From: the human T2T-CHM13v2.0 reference genome, Homo sapiens
DNA: 64,000 bases
Assembly (NCBI RefSeq): GCF_009914755.1
Contig: NC_060947.1
Reading direction: 5' to 3' (one strand)
Below are positions 1-16,787 of this stretch, piece by piece (positions within the stretch are counted from its first letter, which is position 1; each line of letters opens with the position of its first letter). The position numbers and the translations under genes were made by a program. The notes below the pieces were generated by a model that made no database searches, was not told the DNA's origin, and saw only the letters and a list, made by a program, of their open reading frames with translations.

Positions 1-1364
1 GAATGAAAGACAAGTAGAAGGTTAAAAGGATTATAAATTTCCTACTCACTGTTAAAAATTATACAAAGTGCTCCAATTCTGTTTAATCAGGATATGGTTT
101 CTTGACAATTAAACCCACTTTGCTATTGAAAAATTAAGACACCAGAACATTGTGAATTCAACACTCACATTAAAATGTCTTGGGAGCTTATATTTTCTAA
201 TTTAATGATTCAGTAGAGATGAAGGAAATGTATATGATGCAAATTGCTAAAAATTCAGCAACTTGTATTAACTAAATCTCAATCTGCAAGCTTGAAATCT
301 TCTCTATGATAATATTCTGTTTGATGACCTTTTATATTTATCCTTTGGAAACTGTGCTTAGACTTAATAACCCAACTTTCTCATTATCATTTATTTTGAC
401 CTCAAGACTAATTTTGCAGCCTGCAGGGGAAAACTTTTCCTGCTAATTAGTTCTCCTTGGTTGTATTCCAAGAGAAATGACAAATTTCACTTTGTTTAAG
501 ATGCCTCTTGATACTGGCTTCAGCCAACCGAAAACAACCATATATAATTTTAAACTCATCTATTTTTCCCCATGAGAAGAAACCAACATTTTATGAAAGC
601 ATTCCTCTAGCCATTGTCAGCATTTAGCTGCACACAACTTGGAACGCTGGTATTTCATTGTTAACATAATTAAATACAGAAGTAGTCAAATAATTTGGAA
701 ATAGTATACTAATATTTCAATAAGTTGACTAGGGTCTGACTTTTATCCTTGATTTATTTCAAATAATTGGTTTATTACTAAAGTTTACCTCTATTTTCTC
801 TGTCAGGTTGATTACACACTATTAAAACTTACACAATTAAGGACTATTTTAGTGTTGAAGTTAAATAATTTATTAATGGATCTGTATTATGAGTAGCAAT
901 CTTCAGCCATTTGTTTATCCTTTAGGAAGGAGACAAAAAGGTGTGATTAGTAAATTCTGTTTTAATTCTAACTTTTCTACTGTTTCAAAATTCTTGGAGA
1001 TGTTTCAGCTTTTTAGAGTCACCAATTTTCAACAGTGACATTTGTATTGGACTATTGACAAGACACACTTTTTTGTTGCCAATGCAGCCCTCCCATATGC
1101 TCTTTTACTGTTATTCTATTAAAAATCTCAGATGAAGTAAGCATACCTCAGCTATTTCCCTTTTAGTGATGCTTTATCAAATGTGGTATTTGAATACCCT
1201 GAGTTCAAATTTTAATTTTGCCACGAACTCATGGGTTTTGGTTTTGCCAATTTTTCTCTTCAGATCCCCTTGCTAGAATAAGATATTTAACAGCCCTATG
1301 CTCATTTTGTAATTTATAAGATGAATATAACACATTTACTACCTTCAATTTACATCTAACACTT

Positions 1365-2030
1365 TGTAAAACACAAATTTAACCATGTTATCTCTGCTTA
1401 AAATCCACCAGTGGCTTCCTGATGCATACAAGATGAAGACGAGACTTGTTAGCCTGGTAAACTAGGTCCTCCTTGATCTGACCATTATTGATCTCTGCAG
1501 GTATCCTATCTGCAAAATGAGTTGCTGCAACTTGCTCACACTACCTAATGCCGACTGTTAACGTCTACTCTCTACTCCACATTCAGTAATGTAACATTGC
1601 CCACAATGGGAGTATTTACATCATAGAAATCTGCAACCAGATAGTGAGTTGTGAAACAGTTAGCAGCACACTACTGGTGGTAGGTGTTTCAACCAGAAAA
1701 GCTATGATGACTCTCCAATAACATCTTATCCAACTCAAAGGAAAAGCCAAAATATTTATAATGGCTTGGAATGTTTTACCACTCTGGCCCTCATTACTTC
1801 ACTACCTTCATCTCTTCTTCCTCTCTACTCCATGTATTCTATTCTAGACACACTAGTCTGTTTTCTTATTCCTCAAACACACCATACACACTCTCAGCTA
1901 AAAGACCGCCAGACACATTCTTGCCATTCTTTCTACTTCAAATGCAAATGCTCACATGGACTCCTTTTCATCTTTGAAGTCAAGTTTCAAATGCCACCTC
2001 CTCAGAAACATCTTCCTTGACTAATGCTGC
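1365..2030 (+). mobile_element. L2 LINE 3' fragment, interrupted by a hAT MITE
   Basis: L2-like motifs CTGCTTAAAATCCACCAGTGGCTTCC and TCAAATGCCACCTCCTCAGAAACATCTTCCTTGAC; boundaries approximate. Confidence 0.7.
1520..1676. mobile_element. MER63-like hAT DNA transposon fragment
   Basis: GGGAGTATTTACATCATAGAAAT and terminal TTGTGAAACAGTTAGCAGCACACTACTG resemble the MER63 end (...TTACCAGCACACCACTG). Confidence 0.5.
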
Positions 2031-2072
2031 AGCTTTCTTATGTAGCCCTTTTGGGAAAATTAGAACAAATTC

Positions 2073-2340
2073 CTTTTCTTTTTTTTTTTAACTTTAAGTT
2101 CCTGGATACATGTGCAGAATGTGCAGGTTTGTTACATAGGTATATATGTGCCATGGTGGTTTGCTGCACCTATCAACCACTCATCCAAGTTTTAAGACCT
2201 GCATGAATTAGGTATTTTTCCTAATGCTCTCCCTCCCCTTGCCCCCTACCCCAACAGGCCCCGGTGTGTGTTGTTCCCCACCTTGTGTCCATGTGTTCTC
2301 ATTGCTCAACTCCCACTTATGAGTGAGAATATGAGGTGTT
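2073..2340 (-). mobile_element. L1PA (about PA8-PA13) 3' end, 5'-truncated
   Basis: poly(T) followed by ACTTTAAGTTCCTGGATACATGTGCAGAATGTGCAGGTTTGTTACATAGG, the reverse complement of the L1PA 3'UTR. Confidence 0.9.
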
Positions 2341-3094
2341 CCTTCCAAATCTACAGACCGAAGTATATAACATAAATTGGGGAATTTCTGCTCTGGTTGA
2401 AGTAAAGGCCTGAGGGCCCAGACCCCTCTGCCTAGTCAACCACGAAGTCAATAGACCACAGTGTAAAAATTCCTGAACTGAATGTTCTTGAAAGCCTCTG
2501 CCATCTTCAGTATTTTATGACTTTATGATTTTGTCATTTACCAGATTTCTGGGCCAGTGAGGTCATGAATAGCCAACTATATAGATGGCAAATTCATTTA
2601 TTCAACAAATATTGAGTGTCTCTGTATTCTAGGTACTGTCACATGAAGGGACAAACAGCTTGAAAAAAGCATGGAGACTCTAAGATCCAATCCAGCGGAT
2701 TTCCTAAACCATTCTCTCAAGTCTTCTTCTATTCTCCCTCTACCAATCCCCAACTTCTTCAAACCAAGAGATTACATCTGAAGATGTAGAAGAAAAATAT
2801 TATAACCTTTATGTACTACAGGACCTAGAAAATTAGTACCATCATATTATTTCCATTATAGGAGTAATCTTTACTACTTAAACAAGCACATTTGCCCAAA
2901 GATTTCCAACAATGAAGCAAGTAATCCAAATATTACTATTAGATAATCTATGGTAGTTTCCTCATTACTTTGTTCATTAGAGTGAACAAAGGCACTAAAA
3001 GGCAATCAAAAATCACTCAAGAAATTCATTGGCTTGCAAAGACTATTCAATGTACATTACTTGGCCTATTTAGAAAATGAAATGCAAGACTAAA

Positions 3095-3358
3095 AAGTGT
3101 CAACTGTTAAAAACATTCAGCTCCTTGGTTTAACATATCCCTATAAATTTTTAGATTTTTTGTATCTATTACAAACGAGATTGCTTTCTTGATGTCTTAT
3201 CAACTAGTTGGCAATTGCTATATTGCAACAGTACTGATTTTTCTGCGTTGATTTTCCTCTCCTGCAACTTTGTTGAATTTATCAGTTCTAGAAATTTTCA
3301 GGGAGAGACTTTAGGTTTCTATATATATATAACATGTCATAAGTAAACAGGAACAGTT
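3095..3358 (-). mobile_element. Inverted 5' segment of the adjacent L1MA (ORF2 RT region)
   Basis: reverse complement covers the FADD to IKYLGINLTKE region of ORF2 and abuts the sense segment that starts at the next residues. Confidence 0.7.
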
Positions 3359-4858
3359 AAATATGAAACACTGATGAAATAAATTGAAGAAGACACAAAA
3401 ATGGAAAGACATCCCATGTTCACAGATTAAAAGGATATTGTTAAAGTGACATATTACACAAAGCAATCTACCCACTCAGTGCAATTCTTATCAAAATACC
3501 AATGACATTCTTCACAGAAATAGAAAAAAAATTCTAAAATTTCTATGGAATCACAAAAGATCTTTAATAGCCAGTGCAATCATAAGTGAAAAAAATAAAC
3601 CTGGTGTCATCAAACTATCTCACGTCAAAATACACTACAAAGCTAGAAAAGCAAAAACAGCATGACAGTGGTTTAAAAAAAAAAAAAAGACATATAGACC
3701 AATGGAAAAGAACAGAGAATACAGAGACAAATCCACATACTTACAGCGATTTGATTTTCAAAAAAGGTGCCAAGAACATACATTAGAGAAATAACACCTT
3801 CTTCAATAATTGGTGGTGAGGAAACTGAATATCCATATGCAGAAGAATGAAACTATACCCTTATCTCTCAACACATACAAATATCAACTTAAAATGGATT
3901 AAGTACTTAAATCTAAAACATGAAACTATGAAACTCCTAGAAGAAAACAGAAAAAAAGCTCCGTGACATTGTTTTGGGCAATGACATTTTCAGATATTAC
4001 CTCAGAAGCACAGGGAACAAAAGCAGAAATAGACAAACAGGATTACATCAAAATAAAAAGCATCTGCAAAGCCAAAGAGACAATCAACAGAGTGAAAAGA
4101 CAACTGCAGAATGGGAGAAAATATTTGCAATACATTAGTTCAAAAGGGGATTAATATCCAGAATATACAAAGAGCTCAAACATCTCAACACCAAAATAAT
4201 AATTATAATAATAATAATTCAATTTACGAATAGGTGAATGACCCAAGTAGACATTTCTCAAAAGAAAATATATAAGTGGCCAAAAAATACAAGAAAATGC
4301 TCAAGATATCTAAATATCAGGAAAATGCAAATCAAAACCACATTAAGATATCATTTCACCCCAGTTAGAATGGCTATTATCAAATGGACAAAAAATAACA
4401 AATGCTGCCAAGAAAGTGAAGAAAAGGGAACTCTTATATACTTTTTGTGGGAATGTAAATTCCTACAGTCATGAAAAATGGTATGAAGTTTCCTCAGAAA
4501 ACTAAAAACGATACTACCATATAATCCAGCAATCTCACTATTGAGTATATTACCTGAAGGAAAGAAAATCAGAAATTCAAAGAGATACCTGTACCTCCAT
4601 GTTTATTGCAACACTATTCACAATAACCAAAAATCAATCTAAGTACACATCAATGGGTGAATGGATAAAGAAAATGTGGTGCATATATGCCATGGAATAC
4701 TATCCAGCAATTAAAAAAGAATGAAATTCCGTAATTTGTGGCAATGTGGATGAGCCCAGAGGATATTACGTTAAGTGAAATAAGACAGGCCCAGAAAGAT
4801 AAATACCATGTTTCCTCACTCATATGTGGAAGCCAAACAAGCTGATCTCATAGAAATA

Positions 4859-7528
<2,670 letters not shown>

Positions 7529-7581
7529 TAGAGAATACAATAATGGATACTACAGAATGGGAAAGGTAGGGAGGAGGCAGA

Positions 7582-7917
7582 TGAAATGGTTTGGCTGTGT
7601 CCCCACCCAAATCTCATCTTGAATTCCCACGAGTTGTGGGAGGTAATTGAATCATGGGGGCAAATCTTTCCTGTGCTGTTCTCAGATAGTGAATAAGTAT
7701 CACAAGATCTGATGGTTTTATAAAAAGGAGTTCCCCTGCATAAGCTCTCTCTGTCTGCTGCCATCCATGTAAAATGTGACTTGCTTCTCCTTGCCTTCTG
7801 CCATGATCCTGAGGCCTCCCAACCACGTGGAACTGTAAGTCCATTAAACCTCTTTCTTTTGTAAATTGTCCAGCCTCTGGTATGTCTTTATCAGCAGCAT
7901 TAAAACAGGCTAATACA
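7582..7917 (+). mobile_element. THE1A/B MaLR solo LTR
   Basis: TGAAATGGTTTGGCTGTGTCCCCACCCAAATCTCATCTTGAATT ... CAGGCTAATACA; imperfect 5-bp TSD GCAGA/ACAGG. Confidence 0.9.
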
Positions 7918-8319
7918 ACAGGTATAAGGAAAGGTTGGTTAAAAGATAAAAAATAGAGTTAGATGGAATGAATAAGTTACAGTGTTCTACAGCACTAGAG
8001 GGTGACCATAGTTAATAATAATTAATTGTATATTTTTAATAGCTAGATGAGAGGATTTTGAATGTTTTCAGCATGAAGAAATAAATAATTGTTTGAGGTG
8101 ATGAATATGCTAATTACACTGATTTGATCATTACACATTGTTTACATGTATGGGAATATCACTTTGTACCCTATAAATATGTACAACAATTGCGTGAACT
8201 AAAAATATGTTTTAAAAGTAAGTTCCCCAACTAGTCTATCAATTTTGATGAAGATCTGAGTTCAGGACCCAAACTTCCCGCGACAGTTTTTCTACAAACA
8301 AGGAAACAAGGCAGAAGGT

Positions 8320-9870
8320 AGTTATTGTAAGGTTAAAGATATTGATGGCATGAAATGAGGCAGTATCAGTCAGATAATTTTTAGAGATATTTGGAATGCA
8401 AAGTCAGCAAACCTTGATACTTTACTGATTATAGATCACAGAGGGCTGGGTGCAGCGGCTCATGCCTGTAATCCTAGCACTTTGGGAGGCCTAAGTGCGT
8501 GCATCACTTGAGGTCAGGAGTTCGAGACCAGCCTGGCCAACATGCCAAAACCCCATCTCTACAAATATACAAAAATTAGCCTGGCATGGTGGCATGTGCC
8601 TGTAGTCCCAGCTACTCAGGAGGCTGAGGCAGGAGAATTGCTTGAACTGGAGAGGTGGAGGTTATAATGAGCCAAGATCATGCCACTGCACTCCAGCCTG
8701 GGTAACATAGTGAGACTCTGTCTCAAAATAATAATAAAAATAATTAATTAAAAAATAAGATCACAGAGACAAGGAAGAGGTCAAGGATGAATCCCAGTTT
8801 TCTTACTTGCATAACCAAATAGATCAGATGGTACTAACTGCTCAGATACACAATACAGAAAAAGCAGATTGTTGAGGTTGAAGAAAGTGGTGAGTTTAGT
8901 TTAGACACTCCCAGTTTTAGTTGACCGTAGAACATCAAGGTGAAGTACTGTATGCAAAACGGCATCCACGGACATTTGCAGAGATCTTTTAGTTTTTTAA
9001 TTCTGTTTTTACTGTGATGGCAAATTATAGAAATAAGCATTTTTGAGATCATTTAGTGAAAGTAATTAAATAATAAATGATACATTCAAGCCAAGTGAAA
9101 GCCAAGTGATGTCGTGGCAGTTCATTATGTATATACAAAAAGTTTCATCATGATTTAAAAAGAGAAACATAGTGGAATGGAGCCATCATAGGGCACGCAG
9201 TATAGGCAAGATGAACTCAAAAAAATCTGGCCTTTAGCGGTCAGCACCATATCCATAGTGAAGAAACCGAGTTTTATTTTGTTTTTTTTTAATTATCTGT
9301 TGCATCATGCTGTGACTTTGTAGTCTTCATTATATTTAATTGGAATTTTTTGTTTGCATTAATTACAAAAAGCACATAAATATACATACATATAGGATTG
9401 ATTTTTTAAAGTATCTTATAAGTATCATATACAAAAAATAAGAGTTATAGCACTTGGGCATCTATATGAATTTTTTCCTCTAGAAAGAATTGAAACATTA
9501 CTCAAGTTAACAAAACAAATGCCAGAAATATTAGGTTAAAGTTCAAGACAGATTTAAATTGAAGACACATTGATAATGATAGAGCTATTTGGAAAACAAA
9601 TATTTGTTGATCATATTAAAGCCATGAGGCTAGCGCTGAGGATAAGTATAGAACAAGAAAAAGCCTATTACTGAAGCTTGAGGGCTGCTAACATTCAGAA
9701 CTGAAACAGTGAAGGAGGTGGAGAAGGAGCAGCTATAACGGTAAAGGGACAAACAACATAGTATGGTGTAGTAAAGACTAATAAAGGGGACATTTTAAGA
9801 ATGAAGTAATGGTCCACAGTTGCAAATGCTGCTGTGAGGCCATGTTAGAAAACGACTTGGAATATGACTG
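8320..9870 (-). mobile_element. L2 fragments (about 8320-9060 and 9610-9870)
   Basis: GAGGTCAAGGATGAATCCCAGTTTTCT, GTGAGTTTAGTTTAGACA and GGAGAAGGAGCAGC resemble antisense L2. Confidence 0.65.
8444..8757 (+). mobile_element. AluSz/Sx
   Basis: full dimer with ATCACTTGAGGTCAGGAG; TSD AGATCACAGAG at 8433-8443 and 8758-8768. Confidence 0.92.
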
Positions 9871-11051
9871 TCAGCTCTGGCTAAGTCCTTCCAGTTCCCA
9901 GACAGAGGAACACTTGTTCTCCACCCTCAAATCATTCCTACTTAGGGTATATAAGCTACCAGCTAAATATCAATTATCAAATATCACTTACAAGCTAAAC
10001 ATCGAGTAAGCCTTAAAATTAATAATTACCCCCACTGCAGCCTTGCATGCTGGCTCTTATAATGGGTTTGTATCTTTTTGTAACACAGCCCCGTACCACC
10101 TGCCCCCCTCGTGGCACCAGCTTGATATTGACACTCGCCTTCCTGAGTTTTAATGCCTGACTCTTCTGACATTCAGCCTATTTTCCAAAACTTTTGCTAT
10201 GGGCTGTTTTGGTGTCTCCTTTAGTCTGCATCAATAGATCAGTTTGGCTTACAGAATTTAGCCCCTGTCCTTACTCATTTTTCTAATACCAATCACGTAT
10301 CACTTCCAACATAGAAAAGTTTGTGTGACCTCATTTGGTCTTTATAGATCTCTTTATGATGTCTTTTTCAATTAAGATACTTCCATTTTCCCTGAGCTGC
10401 TTTTCCTACTTAATTCCTTTTCTCCTTTTTTACCAACATCCAGTAACAGTAATGAAAAAATGTCAATAACCGAACATCTCCACCAGTATTCAGAATCAAG
10501 TCTTCAATTCTGTGCGTTCCTTATATTTTATATTTTATACTTTTCTGCATGCTTTTCTTAGTTCATTCTACTCTATGCCTTTAAATTTAGTTTATTCCAG
10601 TGCAATAGCAAAGGGGTGACTATCAACTAAATTGCACTTTCCATTAAAAAATTAAGTAGCTTTTAAAAGAGAGCGAGATGACATATTTTAGCTCAGCCAC
10701 TGCATTTACTACCGAGTTTGTTTTAAAAGCTCATTGTAGAATTTTAAGACTGTATGTGTAGCTTGTTCATGGGTCATTAGGGCGCACTCTGCAGGCTTCA
10801 GCAAGGTGATTTTGTAAAACTCTACTAAAGTTAATGAATCCAAGTTTCATTAAATCATTAATTGCATTCAGTGTGAAACTATGTGGTGTTTCTTTCCACA
10901 ATTACTGGAAATCACAGCAGAGAAAATGCTGAGAAATTGGAAGGGCAAGTATATACAAGTTAGCAAAGTACAATGTTTTTGTTTCACCTCTTGTTGACCT
11001 TGGGCATTGTCCCCACAGGATTTTAAAGCAGCCTTGAGAGCATCACTTGCC

Positions 11052-11061
11052 GGGAAATTCC
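11052..11061 (+). promoter_or_regulatory. Canonical NF-kB motif GGGAAATTCC in a repeat-free block
   Basis: exact GGGRNWYYCC match; function not shown. Confidence 0.3.
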
Positions 11062-11289
11062 ACTGGAGTGAATTCCAAACTATAGAAAAATCATGCAAGA
11101 TCATTGCCATTTAGGTCTGACATACTTCAGGTTGCTCCAAACTTGGATATATCTCTGAATTTCTAATTGTGAATTATGTTTATCTTCAAAAGTACCAATA
11201 AAATCATATACAAAAGTCAGAAGAACAAGATGTCAGTGTTGTTTTTTTTTTTTTTTTCATATGCTAGAGAAGGAAAAGTTTTCCTTAAT

Positions 11290-11378
11290 CAGGAGTAACT
11301 TCTTATTTTGTAAAATGGGACAGATATTCATATTCTGACTACCTGCTTGTGTTTGGGAGGTCAAATGAAATCACATTC
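11290..11378 (+). mobile_element. MIR fragment
   Basis: TTCTTATTTTGTAAAATGGG...GAGGTCAAATGAAAT MIR core. Confidence 0.6.
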
Positions 11379-11381
11379 TTT

Positions 11382-11575
11382 TAGGAAGAGGCAGTCCTCC
11401 ACGGGCGCTGAGCATCCTTCCAAGTTCTTGCTGACAATGTCAAACAGCAAGGCTTATCGGTCTCTTGATACTAAGCTGTTTCTGTGTCTAGTCACATAGG
11501 CAACTAAGTAGGCCAAGGCAACCACAGTAACAAGTTTAGTCCTTGCCATTGTCTGTGAAGTTGGGGTTCTTCTCT
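11382..11575 (+). mobile_element. Old ERVL-class LTR fragment (LTR40/LTR53-like)
   Basis: GGCAGTCCTCCACGGGCGCTGAGCATCCTTCCAAGTTCTTGCTG resembles the 5' end of these LTRs; subfamily uncertain. Confidence 0.35.
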
Positions 11576-11599
11576 TAAAGTCCTCAACTCTAAAATCTT

Positions 11600-12260
11600 C
11601 TTTCTCTTACAGTACCATAGCAACCACAGCATCAGTTATCATCTACGTGCTAAGGATCCCAAATTTGTTTCTTCAGATCTTCTAAGTTTCTAGGCCTCAT
11701 ATTTATCTGCCTACTGAATGACTTCCCTGGATGTACTGTTTGCATTAATTACAAAAAGCACATAAATATACACACATGTAGGATTTATATCCATACTAGT
11801 AGCTTTTATAACTTCCCATGTATTTACCCTGGATGTCCCACAGGTAACTCCAAGTACACCTGTCCAAAACTAAGCTCATTATCTCCTTCATTCCCTACTC
11901 AGATTTGTTCTTTTTTCCGCCATCTACCTTATATTCCTAGTTATAAACCATGCATCATGTTCATTCACTCCTTTCTCGTTATCAAGCCCCCCAATACGCA
12001 CGTATTCAATTCACCATATTCCTTCATTTCTACCCACTTACTATGTCTCTATTCCATTCCTTCTCCTCCTCCATCCCCATTGCCACCGGTCTAATGTGAT
12101 CATCTTTTTCTGAAATTCCCTTACTTTCCCTAACAAATGAGAAACTCAATCCTATTTTGGAGATTTACACTTGCTTGTCTCTCTACTTGTCCAAACTGCA
12201 AAAAATATCACCAGTGACTGTTTTTCTACTTGTCTCACTAGCATTATCTCTTGCCTTTAG
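11600..12260 (+). mobile_element. L2 fragment carrying a templated insertion at 11735-11836
   Basis: CTGGATGTCCCACAGGTAACTCCAAGTACACCTGTCCAAAACTAAGCTC is L2-like. Confidence 0.7.
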
Positions 12261-12265
12261 CCTAA

Positions 12266-12764
<499 letters not shown>

Positions 12765-12794
12765 TTGGAAAGCTATTCTACTCTTCCTTGCCAT

Positions 12795-13219
12795 CTATGA
12801 TGCACCAGCCAGATACTGTTCAAGGAAGGACTTTCTTCCCCAGCTGCTAGGAATTCTATGAGTGGACAATCCTCAACTGGCAGCCCCTTCAAGGACTGCC
12901 TCAGCTGTAGACAGCTGATCTGTTCAAAGTTCACTCCCTTCCTAGATGAAACTCACATCTAATGACCAATGCAGGCACATAAATATCTGGACACTTCGAC
13001 CCACGAGTGTCAACTTACAACTCTGCAAGGCTATTCCATCTTCAGAGCTCCTTGTATATACTTCTAGATGTGTATCACCACTGGGTTTCTTCCTCTGAGT
13101 AGTTCTTCTTTCTCCTTCCTTCCATAAATATTGAACCCAAGTATTGAACTCCTTAATAAGTAACCTGCACACTGAACTCCAACTCAGAGTCTGCTTCCAA
13201 GAAAACCCAACCTGTGACA
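12795..13219 (+). mobile_element. LTR16A-like ERVL solo LTR
   Basis: 3' end CTCAGAGTCTGCTTCCAAGAAAACCCAACCTGTGACA; internal GGCAGCCCCTTCAAGGACTGCCTCAGCTG. Confidence 0.75.
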
Positions 13220-13254
13220 CCATCACACCTGTTATTTCTTTGAGACAGACTGCT

Positions 13255-13590
13255 CTTTGACCTATCCTCCTGGTGAATACCTAATGATCCCCTAAGAATC
13301 AAAACAAGCATAACTTCTTCTGTTACCCTTTCCTTGAATTTTCTCTTTCACTCCACCCCAACCAGTGTAGTTCATAATTACAGAATCCTTTTGTGCTGCC
13401 ATTATGTTTTGTAGAAAATTAGAAAATCCTGCCAATACAGTAATAACAAAGTATTATATTATTCATTTATCTGCCTGTATCTCTTAATTAGACCTTGTGC
13501 TTCTTCATATGAGAATCTACGTCTCACATGTCTTTATATCCCTACAATATAGCACAGTTACTGGCCCATTATAGGGCACAATGACTATTC
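13255..13590 (+). mobile_element. L2 3' fragment
   Basis: TGTCTTTATATCCCTACAATATAGCACAGTTACTGGC resembles the L2 tail. Confidence 0.55.
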
Positions 13591-13705
13591 ATAAGATTAC
13601 AAATTTCAGTGGAGAATGGGGAATGATGTTATAGGTGGAATGGATAACATAAAAACGTATCAATTCATGACAATGCATCATGTATTAATATATCAGTTAA
13701 CAGTC

Positions 13706-14480
<775 letters not shown>

Positions 14481-14526
14481 TTATTCAAACATCAACATGA
14501 TAATCTGCTGCATTGGTGATAAATTA

Positions 14527-14832
<306 letters not shown>

Positions 14833-14892
<60 letters not shown>
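14833..14892. repeat. (TA)n microsatellite in the AluSp tail
   Basis: seen directly, inside the TSD pair. Confidence 0.95.
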
Positions 14893-14896
<4 letters not shown>

Positions 14897-15100
14897 AGCC
14901 TGGAGGCAGAGGAACTGTCTAGAATGCTGTTTATTCACTTATTTATAATTTCAAAAATATATTTAGGTGTGAAATTATCATGGTCTGGACTAAGACAGTG
15001 GCAAACAGGATGGACAGAAGGTTTTATGCAATAAAGATTTTTGTAAAGTGCAATTGGAAGACTCAGTGATTTGTTAAATACAGAAAATGAAGAAACGAAA

Positions 15101-16255
15101 CAGCCATTATGGAAAACAGTATACACGTTTCTTAAAAACACTAGAAATATATCAACTATACAATCCTGCAATCTCACTACAGGGTATTTATTCAAAAGAA
15201 AGGAAATCAGTCATCGAAGGGATAACTGCACCCCCATGTTTATTGTGGCACTATTCAGAATAGTCAAGATATGGAATCAACATAAGTGTCCATCAGCAGA
15301 CACATGGATAAATAAAACATGGTGTATACACACAATGGAATACTATTTTGCCACAAAAAGAATAGGATCCTGTCATCTGCAGCAACATGGATGAGCCTGG
15401 AGGACATTATGCTAAGTGAAATAAGTCAGGCACAGAAATATAATATGTTAAGTTTCCATTCATATGTGGAAGCCAAAAAGTTGATCGCATAGAAGTAGAT
15501 AGTAGAATAGTGGGTACTCTAGGCTGGGAAGGGTAGAAGGAAGGGAAGGGGAAGAAGAGGTTCATAGCTACAAAATTATAGGTAAATAGGAGGAATAATT
15601 TCTGGCATTCTATAGCCCTGTAGGGTGATTATAGTTAACAAAAATTTACTCTATATTTTCAAATAGCTAGAAGAGAGGATTTTGAATGTTCTCAACATGA
15701 AAAAATAAATATTACTTGTTAGAGGTGATAGATATGCTAATTATCTGATTTGATCATTACAAATTGTATTACATTACACAGGTTTGGAAATGTATTACAC
15801 ATTGTATTACACATTGCAATACAATACACATTGTATTACACATTGCAGTACAATACACATTGTATTACACATTGCAATACAATACACATTGTAATACAAT
15901 ACAATGTAATACAATACACATTGTATTACAATTAATACAATACAATGTATTACAATTATTACAATGTAATTTTTGTATTACATCGTAATTGTAATTTTTT
16001 GTAATTGTAATTAATTACAATTACAATTTTGTAATTGTAATTAATTATAATTACAATTTTGTAATTGTAATTTTGTATTACAATACAATGTATTGCAATT
16101 AATACACTACAGTGTAATACAATACACATTGTAATACACAATTACACAATGTAATACAATACACATTGTATTACATTACACAGGTTTGGAAATGTCACAC
16201 TGTGACCCATAAATATGTACAATGATTACGTGTCACTTAAAAAAAGAAAAGAAAT
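15101..16255 (+). mobile_element. L1MA 3' end, 5'-truncated, with an internal AT-rich expansion
   Basis: ORF2 C-terminal remnant CTPMFIVALFRIVKIWNQHKCPS; L1MA 3'UTR AGCTAGAAGAGAGGATTTTGAATG. Confidence 0.88.
15763..16195. repeat. Palindrome-rich AT minisatellite bounded by 31-bp direct repeats
   Basis: ATTGTATTACATTACACAGGTTTGGAAATGT at 15763-15793 and 16165-16195; 29-bp and 30-bp tandem units between them. Confidence 0.9.
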
Positions 16256-16425
16256 AAAGTGAAAAATGTCTTGGATTGTCTTGTAGAATGTTTGAGGTGC
16301 AATAAAGAGTGTTCCTCTCCTAAGACAAGTACATGAATCAAGAACTAAGACACAATCAGTTGTTTATTGATGATAAACATGATTTGCTCTTTATATCGAA
16401 GTCAACATATACACTATTGCAGTAA

Positions 16426-16787
<362 letters not shown>

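Noticed and set aside
926-940. Second 15-nt plus-strand microexon-like segment GAAGGAGACAAAAAG
   Set aside because: The donor GTGTGA is weak and there is no UGC in the tract; expected by chance in 64 kb.
44-1140. Minus-strand splice-like sites (GTGAGT at 44-49 and 163-168, CCCCTGCAG at 421, GTAAAC near 787) suggesting coding exons
   Set aside because: The frames I translated contain stops, one implied intron is only about 46 nt, and I recognise no protein; a decayed pseudogene cannot be supported without a search.
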